Below, in pieces: positions 62,210-64,000 of a stretch of DNA of 64,000 bases (position 1 is the stretch's first letter; each line of letters opens with the position of its first letter). Source of the stretch: Macrostomum hystrix. Its lineage: Eukaryota > Animalia > Platyhelminthes. Made by a program: the position numbers and the translations under genes. The notes below the pieces were generated by a model that did not search any database, was not told the DNA's origin, and saw nothing but the letters and a program-made list of their open reading frames with translations. The stretch is taken from positions 3,038,001 to 3,102,000 of the forward strand of contig CATNEN010000003.1 in the NCBI GenBank assembly GCA_950097015.1. Reading direction: 5' to 3'.

Positions 62210-63330
62210 CTTAGACTTAAGGGAGTCTAATCGGTAGGCCGATCTTGATGTGGACCTGCTTACAATCCGATCACGAGGCCTGCGTGTGTGAAACCTACAA
62301 TTTACGGACGAGGCCTACCTTATAACGCCACGAAGGCACTGGTCTTCAGTGGGACGCAATGCCCCACAGAGAGCTGGCGCTACCTCGTATTGATCGCATG
62401 GAGAGGCTGCCCCATGTACAAAGGACAGATGAGGAGGTGGACAACCCGGTTCAGGAGCCGGTTAGCGGATTAGCCGATTAGCGATTAGTTCAGGAACCGC
62501 AGAGCACAGTTTTAGCCGCTGAAGACTCTTACCTCTCAGCCGATCAGTAGCGTGAGACGCGACGATCAAAAGGCTGCAGTAAAAAGCATCAAATCGAGGC
62601 CACTGCGACGCCATTGTGCATCCATTCAGAGGTGGCTGGCACAGCTTTCCTGCTGCCTGTCGGCTACTACGGAACCAGTGGCAGTTGGCTCTGCCATCAG
62701 AGACGACGCTTAAGAGGCCCTTCCGCCAGTTTTTTTCCTACTTCAGGGCCGTGTCGCCTTGCTCTTCAGTTGCCTGCTGCATGGTGTTGCACAGGACTGG
62801 AAGCAGCCGATCGCTGTAACTGTGAGGATGACGGCTGCTCAGCGGCATGGAAAATTCTGCAACAAGAACAACAACAACAAGAGACGCTAGTCCCAAAAGT
62901 CAGGGAGGCAGCGTCAGATGGCTCGCCGCAGAGCCAGCGCGCGAACATGGTCCGCGCCGGTGGCAGTGTCGGGCGCCCCGGCGTCGCTCAGCAAGCAGTC
63001 GACGTAGCGGCGGGTCCGAGCCTGGCCGCGCCTGAAGAGGCCCTGTAGGTTGAGCAGCAGCCAGCAGGACGTCCTGGGCGGTCAGGCAGCGCTGCGGACT
63101 GGAGGATGGCCCGGATCGAACGGTAGGCCGCCTAGGCGAGTCCTTTGCGCCGCCGGATGTCCTCTTTCACGTTGGGCACCTGAACGCCGAGGTAAGTGAA
63201 CCGCTGGCAGCGTTCGAGCGAGATGATCTGCCCGTCTGCGCCGCGGCACGTCAGGTCCGCTGGAATGTCGGCCAGCACGGTCAGCACTTCGGTCTTAAGC
63301 GTGTTGATCACTAGGCCGATCACTAGTTGA
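62210..63330 (-). mobile_element. 5'-truncated non-LTR retrotransposon (RTE-like), RT C-terminal part plus 3' UTR
   Basis: GLVINTLKTEVL...LERCQRFTYLG..EDIRRRKGLA followed by a stop and frameshifts; GC-rich body; putative TAAGTC tandem tail at ~62210-62222; GATCACTAG triplication at the 5' junction. Confidence 0.75.
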
Positions 63331-64000
63331 TCACTAGTAGTCATCGATCAGTCACAGCAAAGCGGCAACTTGCACGACGGGCATCACGCTGCTGCACGAC
63401 CAGATAGAAGGCCTGGCTGCTGCTGATTTAGTACTGAACGAGGCCATCGAGTACTTGCTGGCTACGTGCTGAAAAGGAGTGGCGTGCTGAACTGCGACGA
63501 CTGCAGGAGGGAGCTGACAGCAGCAAGTGTTGCTGAATAAATGTCTGCCATACGCTGTCACCGGTCTCGAACATCCTTCGCCTGCGGCTTTGGGCGAGTT
63601 CTGCAAGATGGAGACTGCCTTCATTGCTCAGTCGCCCAGTTTCATTGTGCAGCCTTGGGTAGCTGAGCGATACCTTGGGTAACTGCTGTGTTCTTATAAC
63701 TTGTTCTTATAAAACTTTCTCAATTTTACATCACTTTCAAAATTAACATCCCAAAAAAGTTAAATTTTGAAAATAAAAAATACGTTAAAATGTTAATATT
63801 TCTACTGAACAGATAGATAGTAGTTCTGAAGACTTGCTACATACATTAGCCTGAGTGGCCATATCTAGTAAATATGGTATCTGTGCTCACAGTCTTCAGG
63901 GCTCTCCTGGACTGAATGATCACAACCTCAATCTCGAACAGAGAAGAGCGCTAACACTTTGAAACACAAATCCCTATATATTCTATCTATATAGGGATTG

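Overview
Eukaryotic animal DNA. GC-rich exons, AT-rich introns full of minisatellites and CAG/GCC-rich coding tracts resemble the flatworm Macrostomum; this is an inference, not a database match. Host genes: ARIP4/RAD54L2-like SNF2 helicase (minus, runs off the left edge), head-to-head with a 5-exon ZNF598/Hel2 ribosome-quality-control E3 ligase; a 3-exon uncharacterised 379-aa gene; an intronless pentaspan prominin-like gene; and a 6-exon MNS1. The rest is mobile and repetitive DNA: an apparently intact 6.75-kb two-ORF EnSpm/CACTA-like transposon (3-bp TSD) inside a decayed LINE, a defective Tc1, a deleted mariner nested in another TIR element, IS630/Tc1-like deletion derivatives, three hAT-type MITEs with 8-bp TSDs, tRNA-derived SINEs, long hairpin elements, a 5'-truncated LINE and many 12-30-bp tandem arrays. 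Best leads: (i) both CACTA-like ORFs sit just behind a splice acceptor, suggesting an SL-trans-spliced or alternatively spliced unit; (ii) a dispersed, ordered 20-bp-minisatellite element forming a foldback; (iii) a SINE family with a conserved hairpin carrying CUGANGA/GAAA/GUC and an identical junction to a 30-bp satellite. No CRISPR, rRNA or intact tRNA gene was found.
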